Source: Malacoraja senta
Lineage: Eukaryota
Assembly (NCBI GenBank): GCA_038087875.1
Contig: JAXLNO010000689.1
Span: 1-64,000 of the forward strand
DNA length: 64,000 nucleotides
Reading direction: 5' to 3'
Position numbers and translations under genes: made by a program. Below are positions 39,121 to 52,984 of this stretch, in pieces. Position 1 is the stretch's first letter. The number at the start of each line of letters is the position of its first letter. The notes under the pieces are model-generated. The model was not told the origin of the DNA. It made no database searches and saw only the letters and a program-made list of their open reading frames with translations.

Positions 39121-39910
39121 AGAGGAGGAACCATCTTGGGGACGGCTAATCAGCAGCCGTCCGTTTAAATCACTTTTTTTGTAGTTTAGTGCGTCTGCGT
39201 TTTGTTTGTAGGAGTAATTCGACTTTTCAATGTTGGGTGAAGGGGGTAACGATATTTCTAGGTCCCTACCTCGTTGGTGAGGCGGCTTTTTCTCCGGGCT
39301 GCCCGTCGACCAGTCCTCGTGGCCTACCAGCGGGCGTGGAGCGCCGTTTCCTGGCGGGGACCGCCCTGCACCTTCAGCTTCGGTGGCGGCACAGCGCTGG
39401 AGCGCTGTCGCGGAGCGGAGCGGGCGATGCCTTGCCTGGATCGCCGCGCTGGATCGCCGCGCTGGAGCTCCGGTGAGCCGTGACCGTCGAGTTCAACACC
39501 TCCGGGCTGCAGGGCAGCGGAGAGGAGCGGGCGGCGCTGACTTCAACATCGGGAGCCTGGGAGCTCCAAACCGGCGCGGCCTGGTCGGCTTCGGAAGCTG
39601 CCTTCCCCACAGTGGTAACCATTGTGGGGGGATGATTTTTGTGTGTAGGGTCTATGTTAGTCTGTCCAAGATGGCGGTCGGAGGGGAGGGTGGACGCTGG
39701 CGCGGTTTAACTGCCGCTGCTCTCTCTTCACATTGTGTTTCTGATTTTCTTTTTTGTGTCTTTGGATTGAATTCTGTCTTTAATTTGTGTATTGGTGATG
39801 TCTTTATAACATTTTACTCCGATTATATGTTTATTTGTTAAATTCTGTAACGTGTCCTTGAGACTTTTGTATAGGCGCCCACAAATAACATTTATTATTA
39901 TTATTATTAT
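39121..39910 (+). mobile_element. GC-rich non-autonomous retroelement inserted in the V-SINE
   Basis: Target duplication TAATG (39116-39120 and 39911-39915). Empty site in units A and D. (TTA)n tail. Confidence 0.88.
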
Positions 39911-42348
39911 TAATGTGCGGGGATCGCTGGTCGGTGCGGAATCGTTCGGCATGTTTCAGCGCTGTACCACTAAACTAAACTAAACTGAACTTACACTTGG
40001 TTCGCCAACGCCTATTTTTTCTGATGGTTGCTAAGCATTTGATATCTCCTTTCATTCACATACTGACCATTCTGACCTGCGCCTTTGTCAGAGTGCGGCG
40101 GCACACAAACCGAATGCCAGCTCCTCATAATCCGCTTGATTAGCTTACAAACTGATTGAGTGCTTTCTCTAATATTAGGCATCTAATCCACATCCACACC
40201 CTCCCCTATCTGCCACTCAGTTATGTGTTTTACCACCGTTCCTTTCACCCAATTCTACCAAACACCTCCCCTTTCATCGACATTTCTTCTCCTGGCTTCA
40301 CAATGCACATCCTTTGACATATCTCAAAACGTGTGTCTTTTGACATCTGCGAATGTTAGTTTAGTTCAGTTCAGTTCTGAGATATAGCGCGGAAACAGAT
40401 CCTTCGGCCCACCCATGCCGCCCATTAATCCCCACACCGTAACAATAACCGACACAGATTAGGTACAATTTACACTTATACAAAATCAATTAACATACAT
40501 GTACGTTTATGGAGTGTGGGATGCAACCGGAGCACCCACACAGTACAAGGGGTGAAGGTACAAACTCCATACAGACAGTATCCGTAGGCCGGATCAAATC
40601 CGTGTCTCTGGTAGCAACATTACCACTGCGCCAACGTGCCGCCCCATGTTGAACCCATCTGCTCAAGTTTTTCCACCTATAATTCGCCAGCTTTGCCCTG
40701 TCGCTCCTTTTTTTTTATAGGTTTCCCCATCCTCCACAACCAATCTGAGGAAGGGACCCGAGCAATTGCTGACCCGCTGAGTTACTCCAGCACTTTATAC
40801 CTATCCATGTCCTCTAGAGGTGTTGCCTAACCGCAGAGATACTCCAGCACTTTGAACTTATCCATGTTTTCCAGAGATACTGCTTGACCCACTGAGTTAC
40901 CCCAGCACTTTGTATCTATCCGTGTTCTCCAGAGATGTTGCTTGACCCGCTGAGCTACAACACACTTTGTTGCGATCCGTGTTCTCCAGATATGCTGCCT
41001 GATGCGCAGAGTTACTCCCCCACTTTGTACCTATCCGTGTACACCTGAGGTGTTGCCTGACCTTCTGACTTGATCCTTGTGCATGCTTTACATTATTGAC
41101 TGCCATTCCTTGTATCTGCTATTTGCGTGGCTCGTCTTTCATGTTTCGCTTCTTACAACGTGGACTCGCCGTTTACTAGGACAAATTTCCTCCGTGCCAA
41201 AGATCTCGCTGCGTGACAGTCGCGAAGAGAATTATTCTGTTGATCGACAAAAAATGCTGCAGTAACTCAGCGGGACAGGCAGCATTTCTGGAGAGAAGGA
41301 GTGGGTGACGTTTTGGATGTCTTTGGACCCTTCTTCTCGACCTGAAACGTCACCCATTCCTTCTCTCCCGAGATGATGACTGTCCCGCTGAGTAAAATAT
41401 AGCGAAGATGAGCGGCAAGCGAGAGGATTGGGGAACATTTAGAGCACAACAGAGGGTAACTAAAAAGGCAATTCGGGGAGAAATGATGGACGAAAGTATG
41501 CTAGCCAAGATTAGTTAAGACAAAGGTGGGTCCCTTGCAGACAAAACAGGTGAACGTATTATTGGGTAAAGGAAATGACAAACGAGTTGAGCAGGTACTT
41601 TGGTGCTGTCTTCACTATGGAATACACAAACAATCTCCTAGTTGTACTAGGGGACAGAGGGTCTAGTGTGACGGAGGAACTGAACGAAATTCACATTAGT
41701 CCGGAAATGTTTTGGATGGAACTGATGGGACTGAAGGCTGATAAATCCCCAGGGTACTCAGGTGGGTGTCTCTAGAAATCGTGGACGCATTGGTGATCAT
41801 ATTCCAATAATCTAAAGATTCTGGATCAGTTCCTGTGGATTGAATGGTAGGTAATGTTATCCCATTTTTTAGGAAAGTAGGGAAAGAGAAACAGGGAATT
41901 ATGGAGCAGTTAGATTCATATCGGTGGTGCGGAATATGCTGGAGTCGATTATCAAAGCTAATAGTGTCGCACTTGGATAGCAGTAAAAGGATCGGTCTAA
42001 GTCAGCATGGATTATAGAAAGGGAAAGCCTGCTTGACAAATATTAAGCTATATTTTGAGGATGTAACAAGTAAAATGGATAAGAGGGACAGTGGACGAAG
42101 TGTATTTGATAAGGTCTCACACAGGAGATTAGTGGGCAAAATTGAGCACACGGAATAGGGGGTTGGATATACACATGGATAGAAAACTGGTTGGCAGATA
42201 GGAAACGAAGTTTGGTGTCGCAAAGTTCGGTACTGGCACCGCTGCTATTTACAATATCTATTAATGATTTAAATGAAGAAATTAAAAGTGCCATTATCAA
42301 ATTCGCAGAGGACACGAGGCTGTGTGGCAGCGTGAACTGTGAAGATAC

Positions 42349-43045
42349 AATACGATACAAACTTATTGTCATTTAAACCTCAAAGAAGTTCAAACTAAAT
42401 TTTGTTTCTGCAGTCATACAACAAGAAAAGAACAAAGACACAAAAACAACACAATTTACACAAACATCCATCACAGTGAACTTCCTTCTCACTGTGTTGG
42501 ATGGCAAAATCTTGTCTCTCCCCTGTGTTCCATTCTTCTCCGGATGTTAAAGCCTTCGGAGGGCGATGGCAAGTCCCGCGGCCGATAAGGCCGCTCCGGA
42601 TCACCCTCAACCCCGCAACTCGAATGGGAGAAGTTGCCGTTGCGGGAGCTCCGAAAAGCGGTCTGCCACCAGGGACCCACGAGCTCCCGATGTCACCGTC
42701 CACCGGACCTACGGCTGGAGCCACCGAGCTCCGGAGTCGGATCGCAGCAGCGCGCCACCACAGCTCTCCACGCTCCGAAGCCGGCTAGTCCCACGACGGT
42801 AAGTCCGCAGGCTCCGCGACTGGAGCACACAGGTCGTCCAGTTTGGAGGCCGCTCCACAGTGCCGCCCCAACGACAACGGAGACCGGACAGGGAAAAGGT
42901 CGGGTCCCCCGTACAGAGAAGAGATTTAAAAGTTTCTCCCACCCACACCCCCACCCACCACATATACACAGCTAAAAACAATATAATAACCATAACAAAC
43001 TATACATTCAACAGGATAAAAAATTAAAATAAAAAATAAAAAGGG
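42349..43045 (-). mobile_element. GC-rich non-autonomous retroelement, 5'-truncated
   Basis: GATAC duplication (42344-42348 and 43046-43050). Empty site in unit A. Body homologous to 59931-60814. Confidence 0.8.
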
Positions 43046-44008
43046 GATACTATGTTGATGAAGGGTGACATGGATAGATTGGGTGAGTGGGCAGATGCAT
43101 GACAAATGCAGTGTAATGTGAATAAATGTGAGGTTATTGACTTTGATGGCAAGATCAAGAAGGCAGGTTATTATTTGAATGGTTTCAGATTAGGAAAAGG
43201 GGAAGTACAACGAGACCTGGGTGTCCTTGTACATCAGTCACTGAAAGTAAGCATGCAGTTAAAGCAGGCAGCGAAGAAAGCTAATGGCATGTTGGCCTTA
43301 TTAACGACAGGATTTGAGTATAGAAGCAAAGAGGTCCTTCTATAGCTTTACAGGGCGCTGGTTGGACAACACCTGGAGTTGTGTGTGCAATTTGGGTCTC
43401 ATAACTTCAGGAACGACATTATTTCTCTTGCGAACGTGCAGCGTAGGTTCACGAAGTTAATTCCTTGGATGGTTGGACTGTCATATGATGAAAGAATGGA
43501 ACGACTGTGTTTGTCTACACTGGAACTTAGAAGGAATAGGGGATCTTCCAGAAACATATAAAATTATTTAGCGATTAGATAAGCTAGATGCCGGAAACAT
43601 GGTCCCGATATTTGGGGAGTCCAGAACCAGGGGCCACAGAATAACAATAAGGTGTAAGCCATTTAGAACTGAGACGAGAAAAACGATTTCACCAAGAGAG
43701 TTGTCAATTTGTGTAATTCTCTGCCTCAGAAGGTAGTGGAGGCCGATTCACTGGATGCGTTCACAAGAGAGTTAGATAGAGGTCTTAGGGCTAGCTGAAT
43801 CAATGGATATGGGGAGAAGGCGGGAACGGGGTTCTGATTTTGGATGTTCAGCCATGATTACATAGAATCGCGGTGCTGGCCCGAATAAAAAAATCTTATT
43901 ACTTTCAGTTAATTTATTGGCTGTTGTGATCCTGTGCCGCGGAAATTGTGGTCTCTCCAAATGCCTTACCCGCTACCTTGTGGCTATGGCAGCAATGGAT
44001 CTAATGGT

Positions 44009-44508
44009 CCATTGCTGCCATAAAAAAATAATGCTCAAGGGGTACAGGGATGGAGGGGATGGTTGACAAGTGGGGGTTGATGTTTATCTTGTTTACAATC
44101 GTTGATGTTTATCTTGTTACTATTGTTGATGTTTATCTTGTTTACTATTGTTCACTGATGTTGGGTACTTCAAATATGAAGATTGTATGTACATAATAGC
44201 TGTATGTTTATATGTGTCTGTAGGTATTATGGGAAATTGCCTAGGGCAGTACTATTATTAGTAAGGAATTGATTTTAAATACGATAGAAGTGTTGGGGAA
44301 AAGGGGTGAGATTTAATAAGTTATTCTTCTTCTCACTCCTTTTCGAGCTTGTACAGACTCTGAGTTGGACATTGGAACCTTGATTTTGTTCTTCTCATTT
44401 GTAAATGTTGATTGCAATGTTCAATTGTTTGATAATTTCGATTTTGTTAATATCAATGTCTTTAATGTCTTTACTTGTTCGGAATAAATAAATAAATAAA
44501 TAAATAAA
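44009..44508 (+). mobile_element. 500-bp non-LTR retrotransposon 3' end with (AAAT)n tail in GPCR copy 2 exon 2
   Basis: Target duplication TAATGGT (44002-44008 and 44509-44515). T-rich UTR-like body. Confidence 0.85.
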
Positions 44509-47500
44509 TAATGGTGGTTGTAGTTAATGTTGTACTGGAGCAGATCAATTGTATATATATGTATGCTGAGTTCTTGATCACTACTCCAACTTGCGCACTA
44601 ATAATCGCACTGCGAGTCGCAACCATGAGCTGTTCCGTTTGCTTCACGGTCGCGTTTACTTTCGATCGATACATCGGTATATACTGCCAGAAGCTGCGGA
44701 ACCAATATTGTCGCGGGAGAATAGCGACTGCGGTGATAATAACAGTGGTGGTAATGAGTTGTGCACAGGGTATTCCATATTACATTGCAGTCGATCCAAG
44801 TCGTTGCGTCGGCACAGTTGAATTTCATACGTCACCTCAATGGAAAGCCTATACGTTGTTTAAAATATCATTACCCCGTTATTACCGTTCGGGACAATTG
44901 TACTGCTTAATGCTTTAACAGTTATGACATATTATAACGGCAAATAAACTCCGCCAGCGACTCAGGAACAGTCGTGGTGATCAGAAAGACTCAGAGGTAC
45001 AGAACCGGAGAAAGTCAATCATATTGCTCTTCGCTCTATCAGCCAATTTCATATTATTGTGGATACCCAAAGTTGTGTATGCTGTGAACTTGCAACTATC
45101 AAATTATACCTACCAGGACAAGTATTTCAGCAGTCCTATGTATATTCTACATGTGTCCGCATTTATGATGCAGTTGCTCAGTACCTGTACCAACTCCTGT
45201 ATCTATGGACTGAAGATGCGAAAATTCAGAGAGGAATTGAAGACCGGAGTCAAGCGTTTATTTATATTAAACGGACTGCTCTGTAAATAAATAGGACACG
45301 CAATTGTAAGTTCGTTGAACTTGTAAATAAATGTCCAGAAAACACTAAATTTCTTGTGTGTTCCACGAAGATGACTCAAGTCTTTTTCTTGCACTATTAT
45401 TCTAATTGATTAGGTTTAATCCGGAAGAAAGTGTCGGCGCAGTGGGCACGACTCAGTTGTGCTAAATCAATTAATTGTTGCTTTGTGATATATCAATCGA
45501 TAGAGTACTTAACGCCGATTACATGGTTTCGCGGTCGGATTCATGACCCGTGTCTAAATAAACTATGTTTGGCGTCATCTCGTGTTCTGGGTCTAACACC
45601 TCCCATTGAGCGTGCATATATTTGCATCTGCTAGCGTTTATTTCAAGGGGGCGAGAATACAAACATACGAATGTAAAGCTGAGGCTCTATACGGCGTGAC
45701 GGGCCGCATTTTTAATATTGTGAGCAATTTTGGGTACCATATCCGTGGAAAAATGAGCTGTGGAAAGCACCCGGAGGATGTTTACAAGAATAATCGGACG
45801 AATGAGTGAGTTAACATATGATGAGCGTTTGACGACATTGGGCCTATATTCGCTCGAATTTAGAAGAATGGCGGGGGACCTCATTGAAACATACCGAATA
45901 GTGAAAGGATAAAGTGGATAGAGTCATAGAGTGATACGGTTTGAAACATGCCCTTTGGCCCAACTTGCCTACAGCAGTCAACATGCCCTAGCTACACCAG
46001 TCGTACCTGGCACCATTTAGCCCATACCGCTCCAAACCTGTCCTAAACTGTTTCTTAATCGTTGGGATAGTCGCTGCCTCAACTACCTGCTCTGGCAGCT
46101 TGTTCCATACATTCATCACCCTTTATGTGAAAAGGTTACCCTCAGAACCCTATTAAATATTTTCCTCTTCACCTTAAACCTATGTCCTCTGTTCCTTGAT
46201 TCATCCAACTCTGGCAAGAGATTAAGTGCATCTACCCGATCACCGCTCATCCTCCTGCGCCCCAAGCCATAGAGTCCCAGCCTGCTCGACCTCTGCCTAT
46301 GGCTCAGACCTTCTAATCCTGGCAGCATTCTCACCAACATCTTATATATCTGCAACATGACCTCCCAACTTCCATACTCGATACTCTGACTGATGAATAG
46401 CAATATGCCAAAAGCCTTCTCACCACCTGATCTACGTGTGACACCGCCTTCGGGGAACTATGCACATGTACTCCTATATCTCTCTGCTCTACAACACTAC
46501 ACAATAGACAAACGACAATGGATGCAGGAGTAGGCCATTGGACGTTTCGAGCCTGCACCGCCATTCAATGTGATCATGGCTGTTCATCCCTAATCCAGAT
46601 CATACTGACCCGAACCATTCACTGCCCATGATAGATTTCCCAAATATGCCAGTATATCCAATCTCTCTGAACAGCATCGAGAGACATTCCAACCACAAAG
46701 GATAAGCTTACTGTTCTATAGTTAACATCATTTCCACTGCAACCCATCTTGAATAAAGTCACAGCATTTGCCACCCTACAATCTTCTGGCAACCATCCCG
46801 TATTTATAGTCGACTCGTAAATTTCAAACAGGGATCCCACAAACTCCCCTGTGGTTTCTCATAATGACCTCGGATATATCTGATCAGGCTCTGGAAAGTT
46901 GTCTAACTTCATACACGATAGTACCTTCAACGTACTATCGACCGTATTACTGACTGCATTTATTACCCTGCCCTTGACTGCCCCAAGTTCCTCCGTCCTC
47001 CTCTCTTTTTCCTCGTAAATACTTAGGAGAAATACTCATTGAGGACCTTGCCCATCTCCTTTTGCTACACACATAGTTGACCGTTTTGCATCCTGAGGGA
47101 TCCCACTCTCGTGTTACCCTTTCCATCCTTATATATTTATAAAATCTCTTGGGGTTTTCCTTAATGCTATCTGCCAGAGCGAGCTCCTTGCATCTTTTTT
47201 GCCCTTCTGATTTCCTTTTTTACTTTGCGCCTTGGTTCCCGAATCTCCGCCAGGGTTACACATGATCCCTGCTGCCTATACATGTCCAATGCGTGCTTTT
47301 ATTCTTAAATGTTGCCTCAATTTCTCCCGACATCCAAGGTTCCTTAGGGTTTCCTGTCTTGCCCTTCACTCCAACAGGGACGTGCCTATCCTGACCAATT
47401 GTCATCACACCTTTAAACACATCCCTATTGGTTGATGCTCTTTCCCCCGCAAACCCGCTCCTATCAACTTGAGCGAGACACTCTCTCATGCCCGGAAAGT

Positions 47501-48452
47501 TGGCCTTACCCAAATGTTGCTTTTTAACGTGATTTCTCTTTCTTTCCCTTTATCTATCTATATATCTATCTATCTTAAACCTAATCGAACCTAATATGTA
47601 GGACCCTCTACATGTTGCTGACTATGGAGCGGATGTTTCTACTTGGGGGAGAGTATAGGACTAGAGATCATAGTGTCACAATTAAAGAACGTTCCTTTAG
47701 CAAGGAGAAGAGGAGAAATATATTTAATCAGAGGGTGATGAATCTGTGGAATTCATTATCGCAGAACAGCGTGGATGCCGTCAATAGATGTCTTTGGGGC
47801 AGAGATAGATAGATTCTTGATTAGCACATGTGTCAGGAGCTATGAGGAGAAAAAATGAGGGAAGGGTTAGGAGGGATAGATACAGTAGATTAGCCACGAT
47901 TGAATGGCGTTGACATGATGGGCCGAATGGCCTAATTATGCTCTGATCACTAATGCTCTTATGATCTGTAGAATTCATCCGACGGGGAAGACGCTGTTTC
48001 AGCTTTAAATGATGAATCAACTTCACTTGGTAATTTATATCGGAGTTTCGAATTACAAGCATTGTCTCAGCTGACAGCTCATGCTTCTTACTCGTTCCTT
48101 TTCGTCTGTGTAATAGCACGAAAGCGCCTAAACCGCATTCACAACTTAGCGTAGCACCTAAACCTCATTCACAACTTACATGATCTGCCGGTTGCCAAAT
48201 ACTATAATTTACTGTCCTTGGCGTCCTCCACAGTTAGAGTGAGGCAAAAAGGAAATTGTTGGAACATATTCTCATATTTTGCTTGGGAAGCTTGCAGCCT
48301 TGGGATATGAAAAATGTTTTATGTTGCTTCAAGTAACCCCTACATTATTTCTCTCTCCATCCCCCCATCTCAAGTAATATCAGCTTTCTGATCTCACCTT
48401 TTAAACAGCTAACAGTGGCATGTTTCCTTTATCATTGCTACATTTTTTGCAT

Positions 48453-51400
48453 ATCTATTTTTAAAGGATCTATTTTTAAAGGATAAAATCAAACCTGCCT
48501 CCACCACTTCCACTGGAAGCTCATTCCACACAGCTACCGCTCTCCCAGTAAAGAAATTCCCCCTAATGTTACCCCTAAACTTCTGTCCCTTAATTCTCAA
48601 GTCATGTCCCCTTGTTTGAATCTTCCCTACTCTCAATGGGAAAAGCTTATCCACGTCAACTCTGTCTAACCCGCTCATAATTTTAAAGACCTCTATCAAT
48701 TCCCCTCTTAACCTTCTGCGCTCCAAAGAATAAAGACCTAACTTGTTCAACCTTTCTCTGTAACTTAGTTGCTGAAACCTAGCCAACATTCTAGTAAATC
48801 TCCTCTTTACTATCTCTATTTTGTTGACATTCTTCCTATAATTAGGCGACCAAAATTGTACTCCATACTCCAGAATTGGCCTCACCAATGCCTTGTACAA
48901 TTTAAACATTACATCCCAACTTCTGTATTCAATGCTCTGATTTATAAAGGCCAGCACACCAAAAGCTTTCTTTACCACCCTATCTACATGAGATACTACC
49001 TTCAGGGATCTATGCACAGTTATTCCTAAATCCCTCTGTTCAACTGCATTCCTCAATTCGCTATAATTTACCATGCACGTCCTATTTTGATTTGTACTGC
49101 CGAGATGTAGCACCTCACATTTATCAGCCTTAAACTCCATCTGCCGTCTTTCAGCCCACTCTTCCAAATGGCCTAAATCTCTCTGTAGACTTTGAAAATC
49201 TACTTCATTATCCAAAACACCACCTATCTTAATATCATCTGCATACTTACTAATCCAATTTTCCACACCATCATCCAGATCATTGATGTACATGACAAAC
49301 AACAGTGGACACAACACAGACCCCTGAGGCACCCCACTAGTCACCGGCCTCCAACCTGACAAACAGCCATCCACCATTACTCTCTGGCATCTCCCATTCC
49401 GTCACTGTTGAATCCATCTTACTACTCCACCATTAATACCCAACAATTGAATCTTCTTAACCAACCTTCCATGCGGAACCTTATCAAAGGCCTTACTGAA
49501 GTCCATATAGACAATATCCACTGCTTTACCCTCATCAATTTCCCTAGTAACCTGTTCGAAACATTCAAGAAGATTAGTCAAACATGACCTTCCAGGCACA
49601 AATCCATGTTGACTGTTCCTAATCACACCCTGCTTATCCAGATGCTTTTATATATTATCTCTAAGTATCCTTTCCATTAATTTGCCCATCACTGACGTCA
49701 AACTAACAGGTCTATAATTGCTAGGTTTACTCTTAGAACCCTTTTTAAACAACGGAACAACATGCGCAGCACACCAATCCTCCGGCACTATTCCCGTTTC
49801 AAATGACATTTGAAATATTTCTGTCATAGCCCCTGCTATTTCTACACTAACTTCCCTCAATGTCCTAGGGAATATCCTGTCAGGACCTGGAGACTTATCC
49901 GTTTTCATATTTTTCAAAAGTGTCCGCACCTCCTCTTCTTTGAATCTCATAGTTTCCATTGCTACTCTGCTTGTTTCCCTTACCTCACATAATTCCATAT
50001 CATTCTCCTTGGTGAATACCGAAGAAAAGAAATTGTTCAATATCTCCCCCATCTCTTTTGGCTCTGCAGATAGCTGTCCACTCTGACTCTCTAATGGACC
50101 AATTTTATTCCTAGTTTCCTTTTGCTATTAATATAGCTGTAGAAACCCTTTGGATTTACTTTCACCTTACTTGCCAAAGCAACCTCATATCTTCTTTTAG
50201 CGTTTCTAATTTCTTTCATAATATTCTTTTTACATTCTTTATACTCCTCAAGCACCTCATTTACTCCATGCTGCCTGTAATTATTGTAGATCTCTCTCTT
50301 TTTCCGAACCAAGTGTCCAATTTCCCTTGAAATCCATGTCTCTTTCCAATTTTTACTATTTCCTTTCAACCGAACAGGGACATAAAGATTCTGTACTCTT
50401 AAAATTTCACCTTTAAATGTCCTCCATTTCTATTATATATCCTTTCCATAAAACAACATGTCCCAATTCACTCATTTTAAATCCTTTCGCATCTCCTCAA
50501 AGTTAGCCTTTCTCCAATCAAAAATCTCAACCCTAGGTCCAGTTCTGACCCTCTCCATAATTATATTGAAACTAATGGTATTGTGATCACTGGACCCGAA
50601 ATGCTCCCCAACGCATAACTCCGCCACCTGCCCTGTCTCATTTCCTAACAGGAGGTCCAGCACTGCCCCTTCTCTAGTAGGTACCTCTATGTATTGCTGC
50701 AAAAAAAAATCCTGCACACATTTTACAAACACCAAACCATCCAGCCATTTTACAGAATGTGTTTCCCAGTCTATATGTGGAAAATTGAAATCTCCCACAA
50801 TCACCACCTTGTGCTTACTACTAATATCTGCTATCTCCTTACATATTTTCTTTTCCAATTCTCGATCCCCATTTGGCGGTCTATTATACACCCCTATAAG
50901 TGTTGCTACACCTTTCCCATTTCTCAGTTCCACCCAAAAATCCTCCCTAGACGTTCCCTCTAATCTATCCTGCCAAAGCACTGCTGTAATATCTTCCTTG
51001 ACAAGCAATACAACACCCCACCTCTTGCCCCTCCAATTCTCTCACCCCTGAAGCAACGAAATCCTGGAATATTTAGTTTCCAATCTCAGCCCTCCTGCAA
51101 CCATGTTTCACTGATCGCCACAACATCATACTTCCAGGTGTCAATCCAGGCTCTAAGCTCATCCACCTTTCTTACAATGACCCTAGCATTAAAAGATACA
51201 CATTTAAGAAACCCACCACCACTTATTCACTGTTTATTATCTTTTTCTTCTTTCTCCCCTACATGTTGAGTCCGAGTGCTTCCCTTCTCTGCATCCTGCC
51301 TCCCACATTATTTTCTAGCTTTCTATATTTGAGTCCCTCCCCACAACCGTTCTAGTTTAAAGTCTCCCCAGTAGCCTTTGCAAATCTCCCCGCCAGGATA

Positions 51401-51520
51401 TTGGCCCCCCTCCGGTTCAAGTGCAACCCGTCCTTTCTGTACAGGTCACACCTTCCCCAAAATAGGTCCCAATGATCCAGAAATTGAATCCCTGCTCGCT
51501 GCATCAGTTCCTCAGCCACT
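48453..51520 (-). mobile_element. CR1 LINE (end of ORF1 plus most of ORF2), truncated at both ends
   Basis: ORF1 SGNH end (FLDHWDLFWGRCDLYRKDGLHLN), endonuclease 50472-51008, RT 48409-50052 (YADD). No 3' UTR or tail. Confidence 0.92.
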
Positions 51521-52107
51521 CAGATACTTTTTCCTGCAAACGCAGATGATGCAACACCTGTCCCATTACCTCCTTCCTCGACTCCATCCAAGGACGCACA
51601 CAGTCTTTCCAGGTGAGGCAGAGGTTCACTTGCACTTCCTCCAACCTCATCTACTGTATCCGCTGTTCCAGGTGACAACTTCTCTACATCGCCGAAACCA
51701 TGCGCCGGCTCGGCGATCATTTCGCTGAACACCTCCGCTCAGTCAGTCTTCAACTCCCGCTTCAACTCCTCCTCCCATTCCCAAACTTACCTCTCTGTCC
51801 TGGACCTCCTCCATTGTAAAATTGTAGCAACAGCATCTCATATTTCACTTGGGTCGTTAACACCGCAGCGGAATGAACATTGACTGCTCTGACTTCATAT
51901 AGCCCTTGCTTTCTCTCTCCATCCCCTTCCCTTTCCCAGTTCTCCCACGTCTTACTGTCTCCACCTACATTCTAACTTTGTCCGTCCCCCTCCCCTGACT
52001 TCTCGACCCGAAATGTAACCCATTGCTTCTCTCCAAAGATGCAGCCTCACCCTTTAAGTCACTCCAGCATTTTGTGTCTACCTTTAAAAAAATCATATTT
52101 CTTTCAG

Positions 52108-52984
52108 TTAATTTATTGGCTGCTGTGATCCTGTGCCGCGGAAATTGTGGTCTCTCCAAATGCGTTACCCGCTACCTGGTGGCTATGGTAGCAGTTGATT
52201 TAATGGTGCTTTCTAGTTAATGTTGTACTGGAGCAGATAAATTACATATATATGTAAGCTGAGTTCTTGATAACTACTCCAACTTGCGCTGTGATAATCG
52301 CCCTGCGAGTCGCTATCACGAGCTGTTCCGTTTGGCTCACGGTCGCGTTTACTTTCGATCGATACATCGGTATCTGCTGCCAGAAGCTGCGGAACCAATA
52401 TTGTCGCGGGAGAATAGCGACTGCGGTGATAATAACAGTGGTGGTAATGAGTTGTGCAAAGGGTATTCCATATTACTTTGCAGTCGATCCAAGTCGTTGC
52501 GTCGGCACAATTGAATTTCATACGTCACCTAAATGGAAAGCCTATACGTTGTTTTAATAATATCATGACTCCATTATTACCGTTCGGGACAATTGTACTG
52601 CTTAATGTTTTAACAGTTAGACATGTTATAACGGCAAATAAACTCCGCCAGAGACTCAGGAACAGTCGTGGCGATCAGAAAGACGGAGAGGTACAGTACC
52701 GGAGAAAGTCAATGATATTGCTCTTCGCCCTATCAGCCAATTTCATATTAATGTGGATACCCAAAGTTGTGTATGCTGTGAACCGGCAAGTATCAAACTA
52801 TGCCTACCAGGACAAGTATTTCAGCAGTCCAATATATATTCTACAAGTGTCCGGATTTATGATGCAGTTGCTCAGTACCTGTACCAACTCCTGTATCTAT
52901 GGACTGACGATGCGAAGATTCAGAGAGGAATTGAAGACCGGAGTCAAGTGTTTGTTTACATTAAACGGACTGCTCTGTAAATAA
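52108..52984 (+). pseudogene. GPR139-like GPCR copy 3 (exon 2 only)
   Basis: Acceptor TTTCTTTCAG is intact. +1 frameshift near 52211, TAT>TAA at 52255-52257, +1 near 52555. No exon 1 between copy 2 and this exon. Confidence 0.9.

Larger units (their letters stand above)
38751..45290 (+). pseudogene. GPR139-like GPCR copy 2 (exon 1 38751-38820; exon 2 43909-45290), disrupted
   Basis: Exon 1 MEYPAICHVARNYYPVLAAIGIP is intact. Exon 2 has a 500-bp insertion in TM2, a -1 indel near 44862 giving TAA at 44916-44918, and a +1 indel near 44925. Confidence 0.9.

Noticed and set aside
40767..41080. CRISPR-like array
   Set aside because: Contiguous degenerate tandem units with no unique spacers, no cas genes, and a eukaryotic context.
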